From Octopus vulgaris (Eukaryota), in assembly GCA_951406725.2 (NCBI GenBank), contig OX597817.1, positions 166,656,001 to 166,720,000 on the forward strand: 64,000 nt of DNA, given 5' to 3'. Both the position numbers and the translations under genes were made by a program. Positions 32,129-45,788 of the stretch are shown one piece after another. The first letter of the stretch is position 1; every line of letters begins with the position of its first letter. The notes below the pieces were generated by a model that was not told the DNA's origin, searched no databases, and saw only the letters and a program-made list of their open reading frames with translations.

Positions 32129-32303
32129 CAGCAGCAGCAGCAGCAGCAGCACGCAGAGTTAACGTAGTTGCGTGTTGTGCTGATAGTCTCAACCGTGAGT
32201 GACCCTGAATTTATGCAGGGATTAAATAAGAATCCTTAGGGATTTGTTGTCTTTGGTATTTGGATTTTTCTACTCTTTGTTGGAATTTTTTTTTGGGGGC
32301 CGG

Positions 32304-32362
<59 letters not shown>

Positions 32363-32422
32363 GTGCAGAGAAGGCGGACAATGACAGCGACGACAGTAGT
32401 TGTGGCTTTAGTTGTAGTAGTG

Positions 32423-32487
<65 letters not shown>

Positions 32488-32634
32488 TGTAGTGGTGGTT
32501 GTGGCGATAGTTGAGGTGGTGGTTTTCAGTAATAGTGGTAGTGGTGGTGGTGGTGGTTATGGTGTATATAACAGCCACTCTGTCAGGATTTTGGTTGATG
32601 TGGGTGGATAAAGCAGCAGCAGTAGCAGCAGTAC

Positions 32635-32676
<42 letters not shown>

Positions 32677-32683
32677 CAGCAGC

Positions 32684-32715
<32 letters not shown>

Positions 32716-32740
32716 CAGCAGCAGTAGTAGTAGTAGCAGC

Positions 32741-32778
<38 letters not shown>

Positions 32779-32782
32779 CAGC

Positions 32783-32829
<47 letters not shown>

Positions 32830-32836
32830 CAGCAGC

Positions 32837-32877
<41 letters not shown>

Positions 32878-32881
32878 CAGC

Positions 32882-32920
<39 letters not shown>

Positions 32921-33075
32921 TTCATCATTAGCAGTAGCAGTGGTTGTAGTAGAAGTAGTAGTCAAGCAAGTAGTTGTTGCTAAGGTTAGCGAATCTTTTT
33001 TTTTTTATGTGATTGCAGTTGTTGTTGTTGTCGTCGTAGTTGTAGTTGTTGTAGTTGTTGTTGTTGTTGTTGTCG
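31845..33075. repeat. Compound (TAG/CAG/GAT/GTT)n microsatellite field
   Basis: Direct reading; similar (CTA)n runs at 34790-35470. Confidence 0.95.
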
Positions 33076-33269
33076 TTATCACGAATCAGCAGAAATAAAG
33101 TGGCGCAGAGGGTGGAGGGTGAAACCGGTAACATCAAAGTTGACCTTTGAAAGTGTGCATTATTGTTGTTGTTGTTGTCGTTATCACGAATCAGCAGAAA
33201 TAAAGTGGCGCAGAGGGTGGAGGGTGAAACCGGTAACATCAAAGTTGACCTTTGAAAGTGTGCATTATT
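33060..33269. repeat. Perfect 105-bp tandem duplication
   Basis: gtcgttatcacgaatcagcag...aagtgtgcattatt at 33072 and again at 33177. Confidence 0.92.
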
Positions 33270-33323
33270 TCTCCCACTCCCAAGGGTAATCTAACACACA
33301 CAAACACACACACACACACACAT

Positions 33324-33375
<52 letters not shown>

Positions 33376-33759
33376 TCATACACTCACACACACACACACC
33401 GATACACTACAAAAACAGTTACACGACCACGTTTATGGCCATTCTTAAAATCACCTTGTAACCAATCGCTTTTAACATTTATCTTTTATTTCTTCCAGCC
33501 ATTGGAATACGGCCATGCTGGGGCACCGCCTTGAAGAACGTTAGACGAACGAATCGACCCCAGTACTTAATATCTTTTTTAAGCTTTGCACTTATTCTAC
33601 CGCGGTTCTTTGCCGGGTTACTAAGTTACGGGGACGTAAACACGCCAATACCGGTTGTCAAGTGATGGTAGGGGACAAACACAGACATAATGACTCTCTC
33701 ACTCTCACTCTCTCTCTCGCTCTCTCACACACACACACACACCACACACACATGTATAT

Positions 33760-34530
33760 ATATTGGGTCACCCATAGAAAATGCAGTTTTTTTTCCAACG
33801 AAAAGTCGGAGGGTAACGGGATAAACTACTTGCATCAACTTGCTATAAAAACAGGTAGTAATTTTATCATGTGCTTACTCTTAGTACAAGTTTTGAAGAG
33901 TGCAGTTCGATTTTAACAGTTATAATGGAAGTGACAAAGGAGCATATTCGGTATATTTTGTTTTATGAGTTCAATAAAATGCAAAAACGCAACGGAAAGT
34001 GCGAGGGATATTAATGCAGTATAGTAGGAGCACTCCGTCGGTTACGACGATGAGGGTCCCAGCTGATACGATCAACGGAACAGCTTGCTCGTGGAATTAA
34101 CGTGCAAGTGGCTGAGCACTCCACAGACACTTGTACCCTTAACGTAGTTCTCGAGGAGATTCAGCGTGACACAGAGTGTGACAAGGCCGGTCCTTTGAAA
34201 TACAGGTACAACAGAAACAGGAAGTAAGAGTGAGAGAAAGTTGTGGTGAAAGAGTACAGCAGGGTTCACCAACACCCCCTGCCGGAGCCTCGTGAAGCTT
34301 TAGGTGATTTCGCTCAATAAACACTCACAATGCCCGGTCTGGGAATCGAAACCGCGATCCTACGACCGCGAGTCCGCTGCCCTGACCACTGGGCCATTGC
34401 GCCTCCACTAATGCAGTATACGGGGTTCGGACAATAAGCGTAAGCAAGTATCAACGATAGTTCCAGAAATTCCGAGCCGGAAACTACAGCCTAGAAGACG
34501 AATCTCGTCCTGGGAAATCCATACAGTTAT
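33760..34530 (+). mobile_element. Mariner 5' relic interrupted by a family D SINE
   Basis: TATTGGGT left end; ATG at ~33925 MEVTKEHIRYILFYEFN HTH start, resuming after 34420. Confidence 0.7.
34024..34408 (-). mobile_element. Family D SINE with 12-bp TSD
   Basis: TAATGCAGTATA at 34012-34023 and 34409-34420. Confidence 0.92.
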
Positions 34531-34885
34531 ATAAGTTTGTATAGGACTGGAGGCCCAAGGGAAGGCTCGGCTAAGCCAAGGGCTGGCTTGAGAGGCACAC
34601 AATCTACCTACGTCACTAGACTTTATTACCACCATCGGCCATCAGACTCCTATTTTCACAGTACCACCATTTTCATATCTATGGATACCATAATCATGGT
34701 TCACCTTCAAAGCATCCAGAAATATCACCGCAATCAGAAGCCTAACCCCAATGCCATCGCTTCTCTGGCAAATACCATCAACACCTCCGCAACTACTACT
34801 ACTACTACTACTACTGCTACTACTACTACTACTACTACTACTACTATGACGACGACAACGACTACTACAACCACTGCTGCTGATG

Positions 34886-34925
<40 letters not shown>

Positions 34926-35137
34926 CAGCAGAACTACTTACTACCACAAACAATCTGCCCTTACAATCACAACACCTAAAACCCGCCCCACGGGCCCCTT
35001 GTACCACAACTACTACAAAACAAATAAAGCATTACCACATCACCCCCCCACACACACACACACACATCAAACGACTCACGCCGCTACAATTCCACTCCTC
35101 TTTCTCCACCACCATCTCCTCCTCCTCCTCCTCCCTC

Positions 35138-35168
<31 letters not shown>

Positions 35169-35416
35169 GGACGACTACTACGACTGCTACTGCTGTTGCT
35201 ACACAATTTCGAATTCTTGTTATTTTTTTTAACGTGTTTCTCTGATTAAGGACCGATTAACATGTTTACCTGACTTAATACGGTTGACCCTTTCTATAGA
35301 AAGAAGATTGGTTTAGAGATTAGTCGCAGTTGCTCCTCGACAGACATTTAAAGATCCGACAGCGCCCATCGGATTAGTGACTGCAATCGTCATCTTCATG
35401 GCAACCCACCCCACCG

Positions 35417-35470
<54 letters not shown>

Positions 35471-35936
35471 GTCTGTAACAAAGACGCAAGGTTAGAAATT
35501 TAGGAAAAAGGGGTCAGTCAACGAAATCGACCTGAGTGCTTAACTGGGTAGTTCACTTCATCAAACAGAGAAAAATTGAACAAGGTTGATATTTTATGGG
35601 GATTTGATCTTAAAACTTGAAGATCGGAAATAAATGCTGCAAGGTCAGAAATATAGGAGAAAGGGGTTAGTTAACGAAATCGACCCTGGCACTTAACTGT
35701 GTAGTTCATACCATCGATACGGGAACATTGACGGACAAAGTTGATTTTGTCGAGATTTAAACTCAAAATTTGAAGAGCCGAAACGAACACCGAAAAGCTT
35801 ATCGTTTCATTCAATGCACCCTATGGAAGAATATCTAGACATGATTTTTAACTCAGAATATAAAGAACCGGAATAAATACTGAAAGATATTTTATCCGAC
35901 ACTCCGATGACTCTGCCAATCCAAAGACACAATGGT

Positions 35937-36339
35937 CTTTTCTACTCTAGGAACAAGGCCTGAAATTTTGGGAGAAGAGACCAGTCGAGTCGATTAGAAC
36001 TACCCCAGTACGCAACTGGTACTTAATTCATCGACCCCGAAAGGATGAAAGTCAAAGTCGACCTCGGCAGAATTTAAACACAGAACGTAAAGATAGACGA
36101 AATATCTATTTCTTTACTACCCACTAGGGGCTAAACACAGAGAGGACAAGCAAGGACAGACAAAGGGATTAAGTCGATTATATCGACCCCAGTGCGTAAC
36201 TGGTACTTATATAATCGACCCCGAAAGGATGAAAGGCAAAGTCGACCTCGGCGGAATTTGAACTCAGAACGTAGCGGCAGAAGAAATATCGCTAAGCATT
36301 TCGCCCGGTGCGCTAACTTTTCTGCCTGCTCGCCGCCTT
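35937..36339 (-). mobile_element. Family B SINE dimer
   Basis: Homology to the other family B copies. Confidence 0.85.
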
Positions 36340-37467
36340 CCAAAGACACAATATTGATTTCAAATTTTGGTAGGATGTCAACAGTTTCGGTTGTGGGAGG
36401 AGTAAGTCGACAACATTGACCCAGTACTGAACTGGTACTTATTGCATTCACCCCGAAAGGTCAATACTGCCCCAGGTCAATACTGATCAAGACAACCACA
36501 TCCGGTTACTTTTGGGTACCTCTTATACTGAAAAGTAATGCAAAATATTCACTTTTTCCCACTAGTGTCAGTCTTCGCGCTAGTTCGCGAAAACGACCGT
36601 AACCTACAACTAACAGCGTTGATATAGCTGAAGGGAGGTAAGAGTGAAAAAGTATACGAGAGTAAGGTGTTAGTTGAACCTAAAACAACAACAAAGTGTA
36701 GCAGAAAGAAAATAGTTAAACCAATTGAAATAGCAGGAATGACGCGCAAAGTAGTTGATAAATTTAAATATTTGTAAAGAATGAACGAGATATGAGAGAT
36801 CAAAGAAGAAACTAAAATGACAGATTACTGCAGCTAGAGCGGTTTTAGCTCCGTTAACATGAAAAAAAAAAATTACTGCAAAATAACTAAAAAGTATTTA
36901 TATATTCTGTTGTTATCGTAATATTTTTAACTGCTTTCATCGAGTGCTGGTCATGTCGTTTAATACAGAGAGTGAGAAATTCATCATAGAACATGGTATA
37001 AAATCTCATATTAAAACGCTATGGAATCGTTTTAAGATAAAAATAAGAACTGTTTTGTTGCTTTTTTAATAGCAATAATTCATTTGCTCTCTTTGGTGCG
37101 AGTTATGGATATTTGATGCAAAAAGTGAGAAAATAATCATACTTTTGATATAAAAATATCTTAGAAAGACGTTTTATTATACTTAGGATCCACTTAAAAT
37201 AAATGAAATAAAAATAGTAATAAATATTTACTGTAGGCATGGCTGTGTGGTTAAGAAGCACGTTTTGCAACCATAAGGTTTCGTGTTCAGTCCCACAGCG
37301 TGTAACCTTAGGCAAGCGTTTTCTACATGTCCTAGGCTGGTCAGTGACTTGTGAGTGAATTTTGTTGATGGAAAGTGTGTGGAAGCTCGTCGTATGTGTG
37401 CGTGTATGTGTTTGACCCGCATCTCCCACTCAAGAAGGAATTTGGTTACTTCTCTAATAGACTTTTA

Positions 37468-37875
37468 CTATTTTACTCTTTTACTTGTTTCAGTCATTTG
37501 ACTGCGGCCATGCTGGAGCACCGCCTTTAATCGAGCAACTCGACCCCGGGACTTATTCTTTTGCAAGCCCAGTACTTATTCTATCGGTCTCTTTTGCCGA
37601 ACCGCTAAGTTACGGGGACGCAAACACACCAGCATCGGTTGTCAAGCAATGCTAGGGGGACAAACACAGACACACAAACACACACACGCATATATATATA
37701 TATATAAATATATACGACGGGCTTCTTTCAGTTTCCGTCTACTAGATCCACTCATAAGGCTTTGGTCGGCCCGAGGCTATAGTAGAAGACACTTGCCCAA
37801 GGTGCCACGCAGTGGGACTGAACCCTGAACCATGTGGTTGGTTAGCAAGCTACTTACCACACAGCCACTTCTGCT
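37468..37875 (-). mobile_element. Family A SINE
   Basis: Near-identical to 6421-6823. Confidence 0.9.
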
Positions 37876-38360
37876 ATATGTATATATATATACATATATA
37901 TAATAATCTTTTCTACTAAATGCCCAAAGCCTAATGAAACTAGTTGATTACATCGACCCCAGTGTTTACCTATCCCGAAAAGATAAAAGCGAAGCCGACT
38001 TCGGCGGAATCTCAACTCAGAACGTAAAGCCGGGTGAAATGCTGCTACACAATTTGGCTGGCGTGCTAACGATTTTGCCAGCTCACCGCCTTATTTAATA
38101 GTAAAGGTAAAATAACAAAAAAAAATAATAATAGAGAAAAAATAACAAACCGGATGGTGGAAAAACATCTAGGAATAGACTAGAAGGAAGATGTTGGAAA
38201 ACATGAGGATCGCTGATGCCTAAGACATACAGAAGTGTGGGGAGGAGGTAGTTGTCTCTCTTGCTGTACTCCTTTGCGGTCACCCAAGGCTGGGAATTTT
38301 GACTGAAGGAGGACGAAAGCCTGAACACACAGGTACACATACATACATACATACATACAC

Positions 38361-38460
<100 letters not shown>

Positions 38461-38529
38461 GTAATGATAATATTAGGGAATATTATATACGTATATTTAT
38501 TTATTTAATTATTTTATTGTTTTTATCTT

Positions 38530-38612
38530 TGACCTGAAGAGTGGTTATATTTATACTGAATTGATTTTACTGTTATCATTTCTTAAATATAACCACGAAA
38601 CATGTGTAGTCA
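38530..38612 (+). ncRNA. Type I hammerhead ribozyme motif
   Basis: tgac CTGAAGA GTGGTTATATTTA...TAAATATAACCAC GAAA CATGTG TA gtca; 13-bp perfect stem II. Confidence 0.75.
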
Positions 38613-38771
38613 TTTTACCAAATATATAGGTTTTATTTATTATTTTGCACATTACTGAATCATTGGTATAGGTTTTTATCTTATATGTAATTTTTTCTAT
38701 AGGATGTAATTTGTTCCTATATAGTATAATTTAATATTTTCATTGTTCAGTTGATAAAAAATGGTGTTTTT

Positions 38772-38834
<63 letters not shown>

Positions 38835-39639
38835 GCATACAAACATACAGACATAAATTTGAAAGGGAATATATATAAATGTAGATATTCTTCAAACGCA
38901 TAACGAAATCTTATGCTTCACAATATCTCTGATAATCCCTTATGTCAGATACTGTTAAGTGCCCCAGTAAGAAATCTCTACGCTGTTCCTCGATCTACTA
39001 AAAGTAGCGGCAAAATCTTATTTAAATCACGCTCTACTGTCTTAAAATCACTTTCTACTGTAATAAGAAAATAGATATAAACATTAGACAATGTGATCCA
39101 TGATACAATGAAGGGCAGGATGAGGATGACTGAAATCACGGCTGACGATATGAGGCAATAGCTACGACAGATGTTAAGTACAAGATTAATGAGAAGATCG
39201 TGATGCGTGAAGAAAGTCAATGATACATGGACGTAGATGTTATTTTGTTGCGAAATATTAAAGATACATTAGGGAATTTAATAGTACGAATGATAGTGTT
39301 CTTTAATCATTCATATAAACAACACTGGTGGTACATTGTGGCTGCTTTCCTGCCAACACATGGTGTCAGATGAAATCTCTCGATAAACAAGCACATCTTT
39401 AAAAAGTACGCGCGCACACGCACATGTGTATGTATGTATGTCATTATTCAGTTTTATTTCAAGATTCCTTGCCAATAGAGGAGCCGGTTTCTAACCTAAG
39501 TCTAAGACTCCTTCATTAGAATTTCAATAACATCAACAGGGTATTTTTTCATGTATGTGTGTAAATGTGCAGTATTTGGAATCAATACATGTGCAGATTT
39601 GCATGCTTCGTTTTTGGTATCTATTCTCATGCATATTAT

Positions 39640-40071
39640 TATTATTATTATTATTCTATGTTTGACTTTTGCTTTATGTCTGTACAAGTTGGCTCCAAGT
39701 CTCACCCAGAGACCTCAAGAGACAACAGGTTGGAAGTTCTGTGCCATATATTTGGGGGTTTTTTTGGTGTTGTACTAGTGAATGTCTAATACATAAAAAA
39801 AAAAATAAATAAATAAAAAAAAAGTTTGTTTTAAACCTTGGGATTACATAGAGAGTATTTTGCGTAGGATATGAGCAGTTCCCATGAGCACTATCTTTTG
39901 AATTTCTGCCATTTTGGGGTTTCCTGGTATCTGAGTTAGGTAGCAATCAGTCCCTTTCGCTATCATTCCCAGGGCACCTATGACAACAGGTATTGTTTTA
40001 GTCTCATTCCCAGGGCACCTATGACAACAGGTATTGTTTCATTCCCAGGGCACCTATGACAACAGGTATTG

Positions 40072-40075
<4 letters not shown>
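39640..40075 (-). mobile_element. Dong/R4-like element 3' end inside (AAT)n, with a triplicated 5' junction
   Basis: KTIPVVIGALGMIAKG...IQKIVLMGTAHILRKIL; ttcccagggcacctatgacaacaggtattgtttt three times in 39966-40074. Confidence 0.8.
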
Positions 40076-40133
<58 letters not shown>

Positions 40134-40189
40134 CGGTCACTGCCTGGAATCGAACTCGGAATCTTGGGGTTAGTAGCCCGCGCGTCTAC

Positions 40190-40550
40190 ATATACCCATA
40201 CGAGATGCTTCAATGATAAACTTCTGGCAAGTTGTAAAAATTTTTACAGTTCCAGTGATGGCTTGGATCTGTAGTCTTCGAATCAGCTTTCTCCTTTCTG
40301 GTTTTGAGAAGCTTATTTTTTTTTTGAGATTTGAGATTTGGTACTTAGGCAGCGTGTTACATATCCCAGTGCCCCAATACTTACAGGTAAGAACCTGAAA
40401 TTGAAATTTGAGTGTAATAACTGCATATTTCTCAATAGTTCAGTGTAGGTATTTTCTTTTTCACTCAACTTTAACCTTGTGTTAGCGCAGCTAATTTCCA
40501 CTACTCTACACAGTTTCCGCTAATATACAGTCCCAAATCACTATATCAAA
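40190..40550 (-). mobile_element. RLE-type non-LTR retrotransposon endonuclease fragment
   Basis: VEISC...EKENTYTELL...FLPVSIGALG. Confidence 0.7.
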
Positions 40551-40606
40551 TGCAATATGTATACATTTTATTGAGGTTTTCACTCGGTCATTTATCCAGT
40601 GTTCTT

Positions 40607-41530
40607 ATGTATGTATGTATGTATGTATGTATGTATGTATGTATGTATGTATGTATGTATGTATGTATGTATGTATGTATGTATATATGTATATATGTAT
40701 GTATGAATGTATTATGTATTATGTATGTATGTACGTATATATGTATGAATGTATGTATGTATGTATGTATGTATGTATGAATGTATTTATGTATGTATGT
40801 ATGTATGTATGTATGTATGTATGTATGTATGTATGTATGTATGTATGTATGTATGTATGTATGTATGTATGTATGTATGTATGTATGTATGTATGTATGT
40901 ATGTATGTATGTATGTATGTATGCATGTATGTATGTATGTATGTATGTATTTTTTGAAGGTATGTATGTATGTATGTGTGTATGTATTTATGTATGCATG
41001 TATGTATGTATTATGTATGTATGTATGTATGTATTATGTATGTATGTGTGTATGTATGTATGTATGTATGTATGTATGTATGTATGTATGTATGTATGTA
41101 TGTATGTATGTATGTATGTATTTATGTATGTATGTATGTATGTATGTATGTGTGTATGTATTTATGTATGTATGTATGTATGTATGTATGTATGTATGTA
41201 TGTATGTATGTATGTATGTATGTATGTATGTATGTATGTATGTATGTATGTATGTATGTATGTATGTATGTATGTATGTATGTATGTATGTATGTATGTA
41301 TGTATGTATGTATGTATGTATGTATGTATGTATGTATGTATGTATGTATGTATGTATGTATGTATTATGTATGTATGTATGTATGTATGTATGTATGTAT
41401 GTATGTATGTATGTATGTATGTATGTATGTATGTATGTATGTATGTATGTATGTATGTATGTATGTATGTATGTATGTATGTATGTATGTATGTATGTAT
41501 GTATGTATGTATGTATGTATGTATGTATGT
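40607..41530. repeat. ~920-bp (TATG)n tetranucleotide repeat
   Basis: Direct reading. Confidence 0.97.
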
Positions 41531-42414
41531 TCTACAAACAGAGCCAAAATTAAAAGAAGAGGTGAAAAAAAATTCGAGCAGTGTCGAATGGGAATGGTGT
41601 TAAGGGAGCAGAAGAAAAGCAGCAGGAAATAATAAGGGACAAACGTACATATACATGCACATACCTATTTGGGCATATTTCATCATGCATCCATGGATAC
41701 ATGTTTAGTACCCATATACACATCCTTACTGTCTTCATAGCAAATACACTCTTCGAACTTAACATTATAGCATAAAAATTTAATGCTTGAAATGCATATC
41801 ATTAACCATCATTTCAAACCATTAAAGAACTAGTTGGATTCCAAGGGCTTCGTTTGCCTTTTATGGCTTTACTGAAATCATAACTTTCCCGAGTAGGTCT
41901 CTCTTCAGCGTCCATCAAAAACTGCCTCTCAATCTTTTCAACAAACGCTCTGCGCGAAGTGGATTCAGCTCTCTTTGTCTTTTTCTATTCCACACACTCT
42001 CTCTCTCTCTCTCTCTTACTCTTGTCTTTTCTGCCTGTGCGTCTCCCTCTCTTACATACACACAAAAACACAACAAACTGCTTGGCACACAACTGCATGT
42101 TTGTATATGCTATTTGTTTGTAATGGAAAAATCTACAAATCATTTGTTCTGTAAGATGTGTATTGGAGGCCGCTGTTGGTAGCTGCGTGTCAAAAATAGG
42201 GTTGTGTGTGAACGCTAACATCATCTTTTACATGAACCGTTGTCTGACATTAAAGTATGTATATACAGGTATATACATACTTACATACAAATCTAAATGC
42301 ATATATGTATAGTGAAAGATACGAAGACAAAGTAAAAGGATCACAACGAAAGAAACAGTATGTTTTGGTGAGCCAGAGTATCTCGAAAAACTCAAGTAAA
42401 CAAAGAACTCAGGT

Positions 42415-42820
42415 TACTCTTTTACTCTTTTACATGTTTCAGTCATTTGACTGTAGCCATGCTGGAGCACCGCCTTTAGTCGAGCAAATTGACCCCAGGA
42501 CTTATTCTTTGGAAGCCCAGTACTTATTCTATCGATCTCTTTTGCCGAACCGCTAAGTTACGGGCACGTAAACACACCAGCATCGGTTGTCAAGCGATGT
42601 TGGGCCGACAAACACAGACACAGAAACACGCATATATATATACATATATACATACATATATACGACGGGCTTCTTTCAGTTTCTGTCTACCAAATCCACT
42701 CACAAGGCTTTGGTCGGCCCGAGGCTATAGTAAAAGACACTTGCCCAAGGTGCTACGGATTGGTACTGAACCCAGAACCATGTGGTTCGTAAGCAAGGTA
42801 CTTACCACACAGCCACTCCT
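42415..42820 (-). mobile_element. Family A SINE
   Basis: Homology to 6421-6823. Confidence 0.9.
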
Positions 42821-43025
42821 AAGAAATTATATTTCACGGGTATCAGGTATTCAGTAAATTCAAAAGTATCCAATGGTTCATTATTTACATTATTTACATT
42901 TGACGGATATTTAGTCGTCATCTTTGTTGTTAACACAACGTTTCGGCTGATATACCCTCCAGCTTTCATCAGGTATCCTGGGGAAATTTCGAACCTGGGT
43001 TCTCATTGCTGAGGTGTTTTCGATG

Positions 43026-43096
<71 letters not shown>

Positions 43097-43637
43097 GAGT
43101 GAGAGAGCAGTTCATGCCATCAAAGTGACACTGGGGTAAAATATACGAAGCCCAATATACTAATCATGACTACCCGTCTGATAAGGGTACACCAGGCACA
43201 TGCATCACAACCATATGTGCGCGACATGGTGATCTCATATCAAGATAAACAGCACATGACCTTGCAGGTGGGGCCCAGTTAGAATTTTCTTCAGGTTGAG
43301 TAGCCCATACCGCTCAAAAGGTCCCTGAATAAGGGTTGTTTAAGGATGTTGAAAGAACCACCCATGTTTCCAGAGGTGAATTATTCAAACCCCAAAGAAT
43401 CCCTCTCAACACATGGCTATGATGCTCCCCCACTACTTCTGCTCGTGATCAGAGATGCACATATCGTCAGCCACTAAGGGACATGCTCAACTGGTTAAGG
43501 TCAAACAACTGACAAGCAAATCTGTGGTATCGAGCAGACTATTTGCTGTAGCCCATCTTTTATACCAAGACAAAACAATGTACATGATAACACTTCCAAT
43601 CAGTTAAGATCAGAAGCCATGAGAGCCACTGCCTGGT
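43097..43637 (-). mobile_element. Family C element nested in the (AAT)n spacer of family E
   Basis: (ATT)n on both sides; homologous to 56138-56666. Confidence 0.85.
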
Positions 43638-43638
43638 A

Positions 43639-43724
<86 letters not shown>

Positions 43725-43848
43725 CATTATTCCGGTCACTGCCTGGAATCGAACTCGGAATCTTGGGGTTAGTAGCCCGCGCGCTTAACCACTAGACCAT
43801 ATGCCCGTGGGCTTAGAAATGAGAACCCAGGTTCGAAATTTTTCCCAA

Positions 43849-43894
43849 GACACCTGATGAAGGCTGGAGGGTATATGAGCCGAAACGTTGTGTT
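43849..43894 (+). ncRNA. Minimal type I hammerhead motif
   Basis: gacac CTGATGA a GGCT..AGCC GAAACGTT gtgtt; palindromic stem III (AACGTT). Confidence 0.75.
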
Positions 43895-44316
43895 AACAAC
43901 AAACAAGATGATGACAAATATCCGTCAAATGTAAACAATGTAAACAATGTAAATAATGTAAATAATGTATATAATTCCTCATCTCTTAAATACAGAACTG
44001 TATTATCCAATGGTTGTTGGTAAGTTTAATGTAGAGTAATTACAATAAAAAAAAAAAGCATGGAACGAATGGATATGCTGCAATAATGTCATCGGAGCAT
44101 AAGGCATTATAAACCTCTTGTGGAGTATTACCTGAAGATGTGACAATGTTACGTAAACTCCGTATTGCACAACCCTGTATAGTTTCGCATTTTATTGCAC
44201 GTCAAATTGTATGGCGAAAAGTATTGATAATAAATTTACTACCGAAACGGGCGTGGTATTACCTAAATTGTTCAATCGTTTCACGTTTATCACACACACA
44301 CACACAAAGATATATA

Positions 44317-44432
<116 letters not shown>

Positions 44433-44549
44433 TATATATATATATACGCATACTCACACATATATATACACATATACATTCACACATACATACACACAAA
44501 ATACACACATATATACATTAATATGTGTATGTAGGTGTGTACTCTTACA

Positions 44550-44774
44550 CTCTTCATTCTTTTGCTTGTTTCAGTCTTTTCACTGCGGTCATGCTGGAGC
44601 ACCGCCTTCAGTCGAGCAAATCGGCCCCAGGACTTATTTTTTAGAAGCCTAGTACTTATTCTATCGGTCTCTTTTGCCAAGTCGCTAAGTTTAGGGGACG
44701 CAAACACACCAGCATCGGTTGTCATGCGATATTGGGGGACAGACACAGACACACAAACACATACGCGCACACAC

Positions 44775-44809
<35 letters not shown>

Positions 44810-44985
44810 TATAAATATATGCATATATTTATTCAACGGGCTTCTTTCAGTTTCCGTCTACCAAATCCGCTCACAAGGCTTTTGTCGGCCCGAGGCTATA
44901 GTAGAAGACACTTGCCCAAGGTGCCACGCAGTGGGAATGAACCCGGAACCATGTGGTTCGTAAGCAAGCTACTTACCACACAGCC
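44550..44985 (-). mobile_element. Family A SINE
   Basis: Homology to 6421-6823. Confidence 0.9.
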
Positions 44986-45049
44986 TTCCTACATACATAT
45001 ATATGCACACACAAATACACACACACACATATATATACATATATGAGGC

Positions 45050-45707
45050 AGTATTCTCTGGTATTCATAATTGATTCTGTAAATTATTCTGTAAACTACG
45101 AAACAAAAGGTAGTCTGAAAGAGCAAGATCGGGAGAATAAGGTGGATGAGGAATTTTTTCCCAACGAAGCTCTTCGATCCTGTGTGATGTGATATTTGCA
45201 GTGTGGGGTCGCGCATTGTCCCGATGAATCATCACTCCTTTTCGATTCACTAAAGCGGGTCTTTTTTTCTTTTACAAAGCTTGGTTCAAAAGTAATGCCG
45301 CAAGGAGTTTATCATCAAACTCAACTGGACGTCCTGTTCGATCTTCATCACCAAGGCTGAAACCTCAACTTCTGAATTTTGCAAACCATCTTCTGCAAGT
45401 TCTTTCATTCAAGCATTCTTTCCCATAAACTGAGGGTATGTTTCGAGTCGCTTCAGCTGCAGAGTTTCCATCTTTGTACTCATAAAGCATTATGTGCCTT
45501 AAATGCTTTTTGGATACTTCCTTGTTAAAAAGGGTTTTAATCAAAGAAATTTTAATTCTATTATTCTGTAAAATAATATTTAATTAGTTTAAATCTACAC
45601 AAATGCATAAAAATAATTTTAAATTCCATTAGACATTCTAAAATGCTATTAAATTTCATTCCATTTTAAAAAAAGAGAAAATCGGACAGAACTTATGGGA
45701 TGACCTA

Positions 45708-45708
<1 letters not shown>
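45050..45708 (-). mobile_element. Mariner element relic
   Basis: HRDNARPH and HPPYSPDLALSDYLLFRSLQN; TATTAGGTCATCCCATAAG end. Confidence 0.9.

Positions 45709-45788
<80 letters not shown>

Larger units (their letters stand above)
42879..44003 (-). mobile_element. tRNA-headed element with inverted hammerhead arms (family E) and 12-bp TSD
   Basis: TSD TATCCAATGGTT at 42867-42878 and 44004-44015; tRNA-like head 43733-43807 (-); hammerheads at 42932-42977 (-) and 43849-43894 (+). Confidence 0.85.

Noticed and set aside
34330-34408. tRNA-Arg-like sequence (also other SINE heads and 43733-43807)
   Set aside because: The acceptor stem does not close and each head is fused to a repeated body, so these are SINE heads and not tRNA genes.
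31692-35245. Poly-T/V/S/L ORFs resembling mucins
   Set aside because: Produced by (TAG)n/(CTA)n microsatellites; no splice or codon evidence.
38298-38330. CTGAAGGAGG...CCTGAA hammerhead-like sequence
   Set aside because: Core and GAAA are disrupted.
39966-40074. Three ~34-bp direct repeats resembling a CRISPR array
   Set aside because: Eukaryotic context, negligible spacers, and the repeat is retrotransposon coding sequence.
40550-41632. Long MYVC-repeat ORFs (up to 312 aa)
   Set aside because: Translation of (TATG)n, which lacks stop codons.
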